Source of the DNA: a bacterium | GTDB taxonomy: Bacteria; Zhuqueibacterota; Zhuqueibacteria; Residuimicrobiales; Krinioviventaceae | Reading direction: 5' to 3' | Assembly: GCA_963693055.1 (NCBI GenBank) | Contig: OY843751.1 | Coordinates: 5,312,001 to 5,376,000 of the forward strand | Length of the DNA: 64,000 bases | Part shown: piece by piece, positions 9,990 through 18,683 of the stretch | How positions within the stretch are numbered: position 1 is the stretch's first letter | Layout of the letters: each line of letters opens with the position of its first letter | Notes under the pieces: model-generated | Seen by the model: the letters and a program-made list of their open reading frames with translations, nothing else | Told to the model about the DNA's origin: nothing | Database searches by the model: none | Made by a program: the position numbers and the translations under genes

Positions 9990-10766
9990 TTAATCCACTG
10001 CCATGTACGATTCATTGCAGATGTCAATAAAACGCTGCCTCTTTTCGGGTTCCATATATTCAATAATTGTCAGCTTTCGGTCCCAGATCATGTTTATACT
10101 TTCCAGTCCGTCAAAAGAGATCGGACGTGAATGGTCTATGGCGGCAAGTTTTTCTCCATTAAAGATCAACCGCACTCTTGACATGGGTGAAGGATCGTCA
10201 ATGGCATTTTCAAAAATCAACACAGCGTCATATTCCGGCATATCAAACACAGCAAAACTGGGTTCGTATTTAAATTCTTTAATATGATCGGTAAAACAAC
10301 TGCGCACCAAATTGCCTTTATTGGCATTTACAATTTCTACCAGCCGGTTCTCAACTATAGATTCAGGCCGAATATTGTTCTTGTGGGTATATCCGTAAAT
10401 CTCTATACCATATTTCTTTGGCACACCATAAGCACCGCCCGATGTCCAGGCAAAGTACATCGAGTCCGGAATATTCATCATGGCAGTGCCCACCACATTG
10501 CCGTCCCGGTCAAGAATTTCATCGCCTTTGCGAATGGGAAAATCGATATTATACAATTCAGGATCAAGCTTTGCGGAAACCCCTATCTGGCACCAGTCAT
10601 TGCGGATTTGTGTACATTCCACAGTTACACCATCCAGAATCGACATAAAAACAGGTCCGCTTTTACTCAAACGGATGTTTGCGGGACCGTCAATAACTTC
10701 GCCAATGGCAGAAGCAGATATAAAAAATGAAATGATTACGAATACTGTTTTCTTGAATGCGCCCAT
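9990..10766 (-). CDS. Hypothetical secreted protein (possible SH3-like N-terminus)
   Basis: 258-aa ORF, signal peptide ending SASAIG, 'DGPANIRLS' motif, RBS upstream. Confidence 0.6.
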   Translation of the reverse strand: MGAFKKTVFVIISFFISASAIGEVIDGPANIRLSKSGPVFMSILDGVTVECTQIRNDWCQIGVSAKLDPELYNIDFPIRKGDEILDRDGNVVGTAMMNIPDSMYFAWTSGGAYGVPKKYGIEIYGYTHKNNIRPESIVENRLVEIVNANKGNLVRSCFTDHIKEFKYEPSFAVFDMPEYDAVLIFENAIDDPSPMSRVRLIFNGEKLAAIDHSRPISFDGLESINMIWDRKLTIIEYMEPEKRQRFIDICNESYMAVD

Positions 10767-10810
10767 ATTTTTCCTTCTCCATTACTGATTTTTATCAATT
10801 CAATAAACAA

Positions 10811-10839
10811 ATACCGGGCCAAATTCAATGACCCGGTAT
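10811..10839 (-). terminator. Probable terminator of 10866..11732
   Basis: ATACCGGG/CCCGGTAT inverted repeat followed on the minus strand by T-rich sequence. Confidence 0.5.
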
Positions 10840-10865
10840 CAGAGTTGGAAAATTGGCAACCCCAT

Positions 10866-11732
10866 CTAGTTCAAACTCAATCCAGTTAAAACATATTCAT
10901 CATAGGTTGTGTCATTGATTGTGACTGTGGTAGAATCATCAACCACTAATTGCAATACATTGGAATAGGTAAGGGTACGTTTGATCAATCCTTTTTTTGA
11001 AATATAGTCATAAAACTCTACATTAAACTGATCGTACCATTCAGGATCGTACTCAAACAGCCATTGTATCTTGTAACACTCGAATTTTCCTGCCGGTACC
11101 TCTACCTGTTCTTTACCGAGCACAACTTTTTCAATTTTAATAATAGGATGATCATTGGTACGGTAATCCCACCGTGTTCCGGTTATCAATGGATATTGCA
11201 AAGAAAGCAGTGGTGGATCTTCATAGATCATGGAATCAATCATCACCTGGTTAACTGATGCAGCATTGGCTAAATAATCGCCAACCTCCGGAACAGAGTT
11301 GAAATACTTGTCACCAAACAGAATCTTGTTTTTTGGAGATTGTTTGAGAATCATCCAAACAGGTTGACGATACGCATAAAAGTAGAGTCCCTCTGTTCTG
11401 TTCGCAAGCCAACCGTTGGAAACCAGTGTAGAGTTGTCAATTGTTGCTGTTTCTTCCAGGATATATGTTTCAACAGAATCATACAAAGTATCCGTACTTT
11501 TTAATTTTTGTACATAGTATTCGTTAATGATGTTAGTGGTTAAATTGGTGTCAATTTCCAGATAGGCTTCAGGTAGTATCACCGTACGGGTATACTGCCA
11601 CTCGTTGCCTACCTGCATTGGAAAATACAAACTCGTGCCGGTTTCCGGTTCAACCGGATTTTTATCAGACTCGCAGCCCAACATGACAATCAAAGTAATA
11701 ACAATCAAACAGCACAAATTCCTAAATTGCAT
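10866..11732 (-). CDS. Hypothetical lipoprotein
   Basis: Lipobox VMLG-C followed by 'ESDKNPVEP'; 'YFPMQVGNEWQY' and 'VEVPAGKFECYKI' motifs common to beta-rich lipoproteins. Confidence 0.75.
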   Translation of the reverse strand: MQFRNLCCLIVITLIVMLGCESDKNPVEPETGTSLYFPMQVGNEWQYTRTVILPEAYLEIDTNLTTNIINEYYVQKLKSTDTLYDSVETYILEETATIDNSTLVSNGWLANRTEGLYFYAYRQPVWMILKQSPKNKILFGDKYFNSVPEVGDYLANAASVNQVMIDSMIYEDPPLLSLQYPLITGTRWDYRTNDHPIIKIEKVVLGKEQVEVPAGKFECYKIQWLFEYDPEWYDQFNVEFYDYISKKGLIKRTLTYSNVLQLVVDDSTTVTINDTTYDEYVLTGLSLN

Positions 11733-11912
11733 AGCAATCCCCTTTACAAGATGGTTGAAAAATTGTAGAGATATTTACCAAAAGAGCCTCCTCCTGCCCT
11801 GCTCTATTGATATGTTATATGACGAATCAATGCGTTATTCTGTTTACATCAAAACAAGGATTTATTGTAATTTTACTAAAAGTTCAAGACGTTTATCACC
11901 CTAGTGTTCGAA

Positions 11913-13196
11913 TTAGAAAATATCATCCAACGGGAAATTCTGCAAACGTATCACATAGCTTTCAAAATCCGTATCATACAAAGGATGCCCATAATGGGGC
12001 ATATATTCCGCGACATGTTTTTCAAAACTGATACGAGAGAGCAATCGCACAAACTTGTTATCCAAATCAAGCACAGTAGCTAATATTTTCAAGGGTTGGG
12101 TATAATTCACTCCCCAACCGCCAGTTTCGAAAACAACGCGGCCTTGAATATCTTCATAATACCCGGACCGCTTGAAATAACAACCCAGAAAATCCAGTTC
12201 GTAACCACGTTTGGTAACAATCTTGCCATTGCCTTTACAGAGAAGAACATTCTTTATAAAATCAATATCATGCAATCCGGATGTATACTCGCGGGAATAA
12301 TTGTTATCTGCATTAACATCAATGAGCAAATCTTCTGCCTCTCTGGCCCAGTTAAATCCCAGCAACGGGAAACTGCCATTTTCACCCTCATATCTAAAAC
12401 CGGTCTTTAGATTGATACCCACGGACACTGTCCTTGGCAGCGGATCAGGAGGATCAAACTCGAAATATTGAATTTTATCACCAATGTTGGTTTTGCTGTA
12501 AAAAAATCCCGGATCCACATAAGGAGATATCTGACTGGATATTATTTTTTGGATCATTTTCGAATTCTCAAACAACTCCATTAGCGGACATTCCAGAACC
12601 AATCCAAAATCATATGCGTCTATATCAACAACGTCAAAACTCAACTTGGATTCAATGGATTTACGGGCAAATCCCAAACTTAATCGGACGTGATAATCTA
12701 TAGCAACAGAAACAGCAGTGCCGGTTCCTTTCTCCCAGCTTTCAAGTTTTCCTATGGGCTCGGGACTATCTTCAGTAACAATAGTCTGGGTGCCCAAATC
12801 ATAAATGGTCTCATACCTTGCCAAACCGATAGAGATTGGCAGGTCCCAATAGGTATTCAGATTCATACCGATTATTGTACAACTGGCATCAAAAGTTGGA
12901 CCAAAACCATAGGCAGGGTGCCATTCCGCTTTTTCAGGATAATAACTATATCCCATAAAATTCTTTTGTGCAAACATTCCCAAACTTGCCGGATTCATAA
13001 TGACCGCCATGGGAGATGTGGACGCTATGTTGCCGTATGTCTCTCCCATTGCATTTGCCTGAACAGAGGGCGATGTTTTAAGAAACAAAACCGCTGCTTC
13101 AGAAACCGCCAAAGCGGGTGACGTAACAATTAATGAAAAACCGATCAGAATTAATATTGACAACATGCAAAAAATTAAGGTATAGTGGCGTCGCAT
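11913..13196 (-). CDS. PorV/PorQ-like outer-membrane beta-barrel protein
   Basis: Signal peptide, then 'AAVLFLKTSPSVQANAMGE...NPASL', resembling the PorV/FadL-family N-terminal signature. 'NIGDKIQY...DPLPRTVSVG' also resembles PorV. Confidence 0.6.
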   Translation of the reverse strand: MRRHYTLIFCMLSILILIGFSLIVTSPALAVSEAAVLFLKTSPSVQANAMGETYGNIASTSPMAVIMNPASLGMFAQKNFMGYSYYPEKAEWHPAYGFGPTFDASCTIIGMNLNTYWDLPISIGLARYETIYDLGTQTIVTEDSPEPIGKLESWEKGTGTAVSVAIDYHVRLSLGFARKSIESKLSFDVVDIDAYDFGLVLECPLMELFENSKMIQKIISSQISPYVDPGFFYSKTNIGDKIQYFEFDPPDPLPRTVSVGINLKTGFRYEGENGSFPLLGFNWAREAEDLLIDVNADNNYSREYTSGLHDIDFIKNVLLCKGNGKIVTKRGYELDFLGCYFKRSGYYEDIQGRVVFETGGWGVNYTQPLKILATVLDLDNKFVRLLSRISFEKHVAEYMPHYGHPLYDTDFESYVIRLQNFPLDDIF

Positions 13197-13254
13197 AAAA
13201 TCCCCTTTTTGTCTATCGAGAGAGTTCACATATCTGGTTATTTGTCTAATGCCT

Positions 13255-13722
13255 TTAAAAATAAAATGGCAGATTAAACAAATATGGATTTTTAAATGTT
13301 GCTATAACCTCTAAAACTATGGTGATATCATAACCATCTCCCCATTTCGTAAAATTAAATTTTACCAAGTTGGCATCATAATTATATTTGTATCCGAATT
13401 CAATTTTATCATTTTCAAATTCGAGATATGTTGTGGATGGAATCATATCTGAAATCCAGGCAATATCCGGCTCTTCAGGGGTATTTTTAATAAATGCCTC
13501 AACATGCAAAGGCTCTAATTCGCTATTTCCGGTAATGACAAAATGGACCGAATCCTCCCCAATAAATGAAACCTCGCAGGACGTTATAAAATCTTCATCC
13601 ATTGACACGATTTCTGAATATGGATACTCCCGCTCCGGTTCCAACGGATTATCATCTTCCGAACAGGATAAGCTGCAAATTATCATAAAACAAACCGGCA
13701 AAAACACTAGTAATTTTTTCAT
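13255..13722 (-). CDS. Hypothetical lipoprotein
   Basis: Lipobox CSLS-C followed by 'SEDDNPLEP'. Confidence 0.7.
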   Translation of the reverse strand: MKKLLVFLPVCFMIICSLSCSEDDNPLEPEREYPYSEIVSMDEDFITSCEVSFIGEDSVHFVITGNSELEPLHVEAFIKNTPEEPDIAWISDMIPSTTYLEFENDKIEFGYKYNYDANLVKFNFTKWGDGYDITIVLEVIATFKNPYLFNLPFYF

Positions 13723-13861
13723 TTTTTTGCTTTCCTGAATGCAATACAGTGTTGGGATTGTAAAAGGTTTCCCCGTAATCCCCTTTTAAAAAATACTATA
13801 ATCCGGTAAAAGAATCAAGAAATTAATATTATTGAAATACATATTTAGACCAATTTTCACA

Positions 13862-13896
13862 TGACGGAGAGCGCTTTGCTTAACTCCGTCACGATC
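13862..13896. repeat. REP-like palindrome family A, copy 1
   Basis: TGACGGAG-AGCGCTTTGCTTAA-CTCCGTCA-CGATC; homologous copies at 16693, 17087 and 21608. Confidence 0.8.
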
Positions 13897-13920
13897 AAAA
13901 AAAGTGACATTTCATTTATA

Positions 13921-15384
13921 CCAGTTGCCTCATAATAAAATGTAACCGTAGTTATTAGAGAGGAAAAAGGAATAATGAACAAGACTATCATAAGACTCTG
14001 TCCTTCCAAAAACGTCTCCGCCCGTTTCTATCTGTCAGTGCGAAGATATCTAATAACTACAGACCATTTTAATTGGGTAGCCCAAGGCCACCTTGCATAA
14101 AATATGAAGAATGTAAAATAAAACAAACGATATAAATTATTTTTGTAAAGCTGTTCTTTGAATACGATTAATTTTTTCAACCATAGTTTTTTGCAAAAAG
14201 AATGGATCAAGTGCGTGAAACTGTTTGGTTAATTTTGATTTGGTACTCTGATCAATAAAGTCAGATTCAACAAGCCGCTGGTAAGGAGTTTTGGGCTTGT
14301 CATATTTTTTGATAATTTTTGACCCGACGCGTTTTTTTTCGAGCAGCTTAACAGATGGTATAAAAAAGTTAAAATACAAACGCCATTCCGTGGTGTAGAG
14401 TTGGTTCATCATATCAACAAGCTCGATTTTATCAAAACGCTCATAGCCTAAATACTGCCGAACATGTGTCCAGTTTTTTTCTTCAATATGAGCATTGTCA
14501 TTTTTCTGGTAAGCACGGGACCTTGTAAAGCGGATTGGTTTATCTCTATTTACAAAGTGCCCGTATAGATGCCAGTTTAAGAATTCGGAGCCATTGTCGC
14601 AATCAAAGCCGAGAAGTTTAAATGGCAGGGTATGCTCAATATTATCAATTGCTTGCAATGTGCCTCGCTCACCTTTTCCCCAGATGGCGCGCTGTTCGGT
14701 CCAGCCGGTTGCGATATCAACAGTGTTGACAGTATAAACAAACTGTCCTTCAACTGAGGTGCCGCAATGGGCAACAGTATCCGCTTCGAGATAACCGGGC
14801 GTTGTCTCATCCCATTGATTGGTTTTTACAGGGATGTGCTTTTTGAGGATTGAACCTGGTTTGGTGGTGGCCAGTCCCTGTTTGGTAAATTTTGCACGGT
14901 TTGGCTTCATAAGTCGATCAATGGTTGCCGGTGATATTTGTAACAAATCGATTTTAACACTATCGGATAGAGGGAATGGATAATGAGGCAACCAAATCGG
15001 TATAATGGCTTTTAAATTTTTAGAACAGGGAAGGTTGGTCTTTTTCCACAAGTAGACTAGTGTTTTAAGGATTTCTGGATCAGAGTATTTGACTTTACGC
15101 CCTCGTTTTTTATACGTGACATTGATTGTTGATTGCTCCCTGGCATTGAGGAGTCGAATAGCATATTTTCGATTGTATTTGCATACAGCACAAAACTCGT
15201 CCAGTATTTTTTGTTTCTCTGTTTTGCTTGCTTTTTGATATCGCATTTTGATTGAGGCTGCATATTCTTTTTTTGATTTGGGTCCCATAATTTATGTCTC
15301 CAAATAACTCTATAGTTACATAAATTATGAGGCAACGTCTATATTCCCATTTTCTCATGGTTACTTTTTTTATGAGTCAATGCG
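13921..15384 (-). mobile_element. Insertion sequence (1464 bp) encoding an rve-type DDE transposase (IS481/ISNCY-like)
   Basis: Imperfect terminal IRs: CCAGTTGCCTCATAATAAAATGTAACC versus the reverse complement of GGTTACTTTTTTTATGAGTCAATGCG. TATA flanks both ends (13917-13920, 15385-15388). An extra internal copy of the end motif lies at 15314-15337. Confidence 0.8.
14137..15288 (-). CDS. DDE integrase-core (rve) transposase
   Basis: 'PGYLEADTVAHCG', 'DCDNGSEF', 'FTRSRAYQKNDNAHIEEKN' carry the D-D-E triad; N-terminal 'KQKILDEFC...YNRKYAIRLL'. Confidence 0.9.
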   Translation of the reverse strand: MGPKSKKEYAASIKMRYQKASKTEKQKILDEFCAVCKYNRKYAIRLLNAREQSTINVTYKKRGRKVKYSDPEILKTLVYLWKKTNLPCSKNLKAIIPIWLPHYPFPLSDSVKIDLLQISPATIDRLMKPNRAKFTKQGLATTKPGSILKKHIPVKTNQWDETTPGYLEADTVAHCGTSVEGQFVYTVNTVDIATGWTEQRAIWGKGERGTLQAIDNIEHTLPFKLLGFDCDNGSEFLNWHLYGHFVNRDKPIRFTRSRAYQKNDNAHIEEKNWTHVRQYLGYERFDKIELVDMMNQLYTTEWRLYFNFFIPSVKLLEKKRVGSKIIKKYDKPKTPYQRLVESDFIDQSTKSKLTKQFHALDPFFLQKTMVEKINRIQRTALQK

Positions 15385-15493
15385 TATAACAAATAAACCA
15401 TTTTAACAATTGACTATTTCACGCTTAAATTGTATAATAACCAATGCTATAATCCAATACATTCTTTTCACCTATTTTCAAAAAGGATAAACA

Positions 15494-16684
15494 ATGAAGT
15501 CTTTCCGGTATATTTTATTGTCAGGTATAATTTTGATCAATCTGTCCTGCACAACGACAAAAGAACAACCCGAAATCATTGCAGAAACACCGCCAATGGG
15601 CTGGATGAGTTGGTATACTTTTATTGATCAAATCAATGAAGACCTCATCATGCAAATTGCGGATTCAATGGTGAGTAAAGGTCTGGTGGAAGCGGGTTAT
15701 AATATTGTCCAGTTGGATGATGGCTGGATGGCAATGACAAGAGATGAAAAAGGACGTCAATTTGCCGACAAGACACGGTTTCCAAGCGGCATGAAGGCCC
15801 TGGCAGACTATTTACATGAACGGGGACTAAAACTAGGTATTTACTCATCCTCCGGCAGTCAAACCTGTGCCGGCTATCCCGGAAGCTATAATCACGAAGA
15901 AATAGACGCAAACACCTATGCGGAATGGGGAGTGGATTACCTGAAATATGATGCATGTGGAGACCGTGAAGGTATTAATGATAAAGAAATTTACGCCAAA
16001 ATGAGAAATTTTTTAAATGCTACCGGACGCCCCTTTCTTTTTGAAATTTGTATATTTTACAGCGACACAACCTATCTGTGGGGCGGTGAAATTGCCAATA
16101 TGTGGCGAACCGGTGGAGATATTGTTAAATGGATAGATAAAAATCCCATTGTGACCTGGGAAAACTGGTATGAAAATCTGAACCAGGTCGTTGGCAAAGA
16201 AGCATATGCAGGCAAGGGCCATTGGAACGATCCCGACAATTTGATTATAGGATATCCCCGCAACAATCAACAGACATTTGAAGAGCAAAAAGCCCAATTC
16301 AGTTTCTGGAGTCTGGTTGCAGCGCCCCTGATCCAGAGTGCGGATATCCGACATTTAACGCCCGAAATAGAATCAATCATTCTAAATAAAGAAGTCATTG
16401 CCATTAATCAGGACAAGGCTGGTATTCAGGGGAAAAGGATCAAATCAGAAAACGATCATGAACTGTGGGTCAAAGCGTTGCAGGACGGTTCAAAAGCTAT
16501 AATCTTGTTTAATAAAAAAGACACAGCGGATAAAGTGACTTTTGATCTGGCTGACATCAATGAGACCGGCACGTTCAAAGTCAGGGATTTATGGGAACAT
16601 GCCGATAAAGGGACAATTACCGATTCTTTTTCAGCAATGGCTGCACCACATGGTGTTGTTATGCTTAAATTATCAAAAATCTAA
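15494..16684 (+). CDS. GH27 alpha-galactosidase (lipoprotein)
   Basis: 'TPPMGWMSW', 'LDDGW', nucleophile motif 'YLKYDAC', acid/base motif 'WRTGGDI', 'HWNDPDNL'; lipobox INLS-C. Confidence 0.92.
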   Translation: MKSFRYILLSGIILINLSCTTTKEQPEIIAETPPMGWMSWYTFIDQINEDLIMQIADSMVSKGLVEAGYNIVQLDDGWMAMTRDEKGRQFADKTRFPSGMKALADYLHERGLKLGIYSSSGSQTCAGYPGSYNHEEIDANTYAEWGVDYLKYDACGDREGINDKEIYAKMRNFLNATGRPFLFEICIFYSDTTYLWGGEIANMWRTGGDIVKWIDKNPIVTWENWYENLNQVVGKEAYAGKGHWNDPDNLIIGYPRNNQQTFEEQKAQFSFWSLVAAPLIQSADIRHLTPEIESIILNKEVIAINQDKAGIQGKRIKSENDHELWVKALQDGSKAIILFNKKDTADKVTFDLADINETGTFKVRDLWEHADKGTITDSFSAMAAPHGVVMLKLSKI

Positions 16685-16692
16685 ATTCTCTA

Positions 16693-16728
16693 GTGACGGA
16701 TTTCGCTCCGCTTATCTCCGTCACAATC
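16693..16728. repeat. REP-like palindrome family A, copy 2 (diverged)
   Basis: GTGACGGA...TCTCCGTCAC-AATC. Confidence 0.7.
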
Positions 16729-16765
16729 TAAAGTCCGGTTCCTGAGTGTCCTTCCGCCAACAGCA

Positions 16766-16816
16766 GTAGGATGCGTTTCAGCGCATCATATATTGATGCG
16801 GCAAGCCGCATCCTAC
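16766..16816. repeat. GTAG-type REP doublet (REPIN-like)
   Basis: GTAG-GATGCG-TTTCAG-CGCATC, a 7-nt spacer, then the inverted copy GATGCGGC-AA-GCCGCATC-CTAC. Confidence 0.8.
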
Positions 16817-17086
16817 GGACTGGCCCCGCTCATCCTTTCGCAACCGAAACCGGTGACGGTGAATAAAAGCCAATCAGCAATCCTGGAGGTCAAGGCCGCA
16901 GCGGTCCCCAAGGCACAATATCAATGGTACAGAGACGGCAAAGCGATCAAGGGCGCAACCCAAGCTGTATACAAAATTGCCAAAGCAAAATCCAAAGACG
17001 CGGCTGAATACTCGGTAGAGGTTAAAAACAGTTCCGGCTGTATGAAAAGCCAACCTGTTCTGGTAAACGTTCTTAGATCGACTTTA
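16817..17086 (+). pseudogene. Orphan immunoglobulin (I-set-like) domain fragment
   Basis: 'APLILSQPKPVTV...YQWYRDGKAIKGA...DAAEYSVEVKNSSG' is an Ig-fold signature. There is no credible start or RBS, and the ORF-track start and end both fall in or beyond flanking REP palindromes. Confidence 0.65.
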
Positions 17087-17123
17087 CGTGAAGGAGAGCG
17101 CTTTGCTTGTCTCCGTCACGATC
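17087..17123. repeat. REP-like palindrome family A, copy 3
   Basis: CGTGAAGGAGA-GCGCTTTGCTTG-TCTCCGTCACG-ATC. Confidence 0.8.
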
Positions 17124-17329
17124 AGGGGGATAATGTTTTATTTGCGTTCATCTGTGGTTAATTATTATCCGATATCACAATCAATCAGTCCACATTTGAC
17201 GGACAAACGAAATGAATTTCGTTCTACCGTTTTCGTGCTTTTTAGTGTGTTTCGTGGGCAGTCTTTTTAAAATCTTTTGACACCAATAAAACATTTTTCT
17301 TTTCTCCATAATCCATCGTATATTTACGC

Positions 17330-18682
17330 ATGACTGAACAATACACCCAAATCACAGAGATCCTTCACACCATCCCCAAATACGGCAGCGGTATTGGATT
17401 GCATCGCACCAACGCCGTGTTGCAGGAGCTGCTGGGTCTGGACTGGCACCGGCGCATCCCGGCTATTCACATTACCGGTTCTAACGGCAAGGGATCGACC
17501 GCCGGGTTTACCGCCGCGCTGTTGACGCAAATGGGATTCAAAACCGGGCTCTTTACTTCACCGCACTTTTTTGCGTATAACGAGCGGTTCAAAGTTAATG
17601 GAGAGATCATCCCCACTCCCGAGCTGTACCGACTGTTAAAATCCGGTTTGGACCGTATCAAACAGTACGAGACAACACACCCGGACGAAAAATTTGGTCG
17701 ATTTGAATTATTATTCATCACTGCCATGCTGTATTTCACCGAACAAAACGTTGACGCGATTGTGCTGGAAGCCGGTATTGGCGGACGCTATGACACCACC
17801 CGTCTCGCACAGGGTAGTACCGCTGTGCTAACCTCAGTGGATCTGGAGCACGCTGCATTACTGGGCAACTCGCTTGAACTGATTGCCTATGACAAAAGCG
17901 ATATTTGTCCCCCAGAAGGGAAACTGATCATCGGCAATGTGGATGAGACCTTGCGGCAAAAACTTGTTTCCTATAACACGCTCCGAAATGTCCGTATCGA
18001 ATTTTTAACAGAGATCGCCACCATCCACAACATTGACTATACCGGGCTGGGCATGACCGCATCCTTTGCAATCGACGGCATTGAATTCAAAAACATCTCG
18101 TATTCCATGCCGGGTGAGCACATGGTTGGCAATTCCATTCTGGCAATCCGGGCAGTACAGAATTTTTTGCAAGATCAGCAGAAACCGGCAGTACCGGAAG
18201 CCCTTCAAACCACTGTTCAATCCGCTTTTGCAACGCTCCCCGCAAATGGCCGACTCGAAAAGCTGCAGGATTCCCCTCCTCTCTATATCGACACCGCCCA
18301 TACTCCGGATGCGATCCGTACCCTGCTGAAAACCTCCCGGGACTTGTTCAAAGATCAGGTCATACTGGTTACCGGTGTATCAGCGGACAAAAATGTTGCC
18401 CCCATTGTTGAACTGCTGGGCAGCATTGCCAATACAGTGATCTGTACCCAGGCACGTCACAAGGGCAGTGATCCGAGTAAAATCCAGGCTATCGTCAAGC
18501 AAGCGTATCCATCTCTATCATGCCTGACAACCCCATCGGTCAAAGAAGCTATTGAACGCGCTCAGGAAATGGCATCCGAGCATAAAAATCCGGTAATATT
18601 GGTAGCAGGTGGATTATTTCTGGCTGTAGAGGCCAAAGCGATACTAGAGGGTAAAAATCCGGATGATTTATTATTCTTTTAA
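17330..18682 (+). CDS. FolC-like folylpolyglutamate synthase / Mur-ligase-fold protein (divergent)
   Basis: P-loop 'HITGSNGKGST', 'GLFTSPH', 'LEAGIGGRYDTT', 'VDLEH..LLGNSLELIAYDK', 'IDTAHTP'. Confidence 0.85.
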   Translation: MTEQYTQITEILHTIPKYGSGIGLHRTNAVLQELLGLDWHRRIPAIHITGSNGKGSTAGFTAALLTQMGFKTGLFTSPHFFAYNERFKVNGEIIPTPELYRLLKSGLDRIKQYETTHPDEKFGRFELLFITAMLYFTEQNVDAIVLEAGIGGRYDTTRLAQGSTAVLTSVDLEHAALLGNSLELIAYDKSDICPPEGKLIIGNVDETLRQKLVSYNTLRNVRIEFLTEIATIHNIDYTGLGMTASFAIDGIEFKNISYSMPGEHMVGNSILAIRAVQNFLQDQQKPAVPEALQTTVQSAFATLPANGRLEKLQDSPPLYIDTAHTPDAIRTLLKTSRDLFKDQVILVTGVSADKNVAPIVELLGSIANTVICTQARHKGSDPSKIQAIVKQAYPSLSCLTTPSVKEAIERAQEMASEHKNPVILVAGGLFLAVEAKAILEGKNPDDLLFF

Positions 18683-18683
18683 A

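Noticed and set aside
16793-17161. 122-aa ORF as an intact gene
   Set aside because: Its start lies inside a REP doublet and its C-terminus reads through another REP, so it is treated as a fragment.
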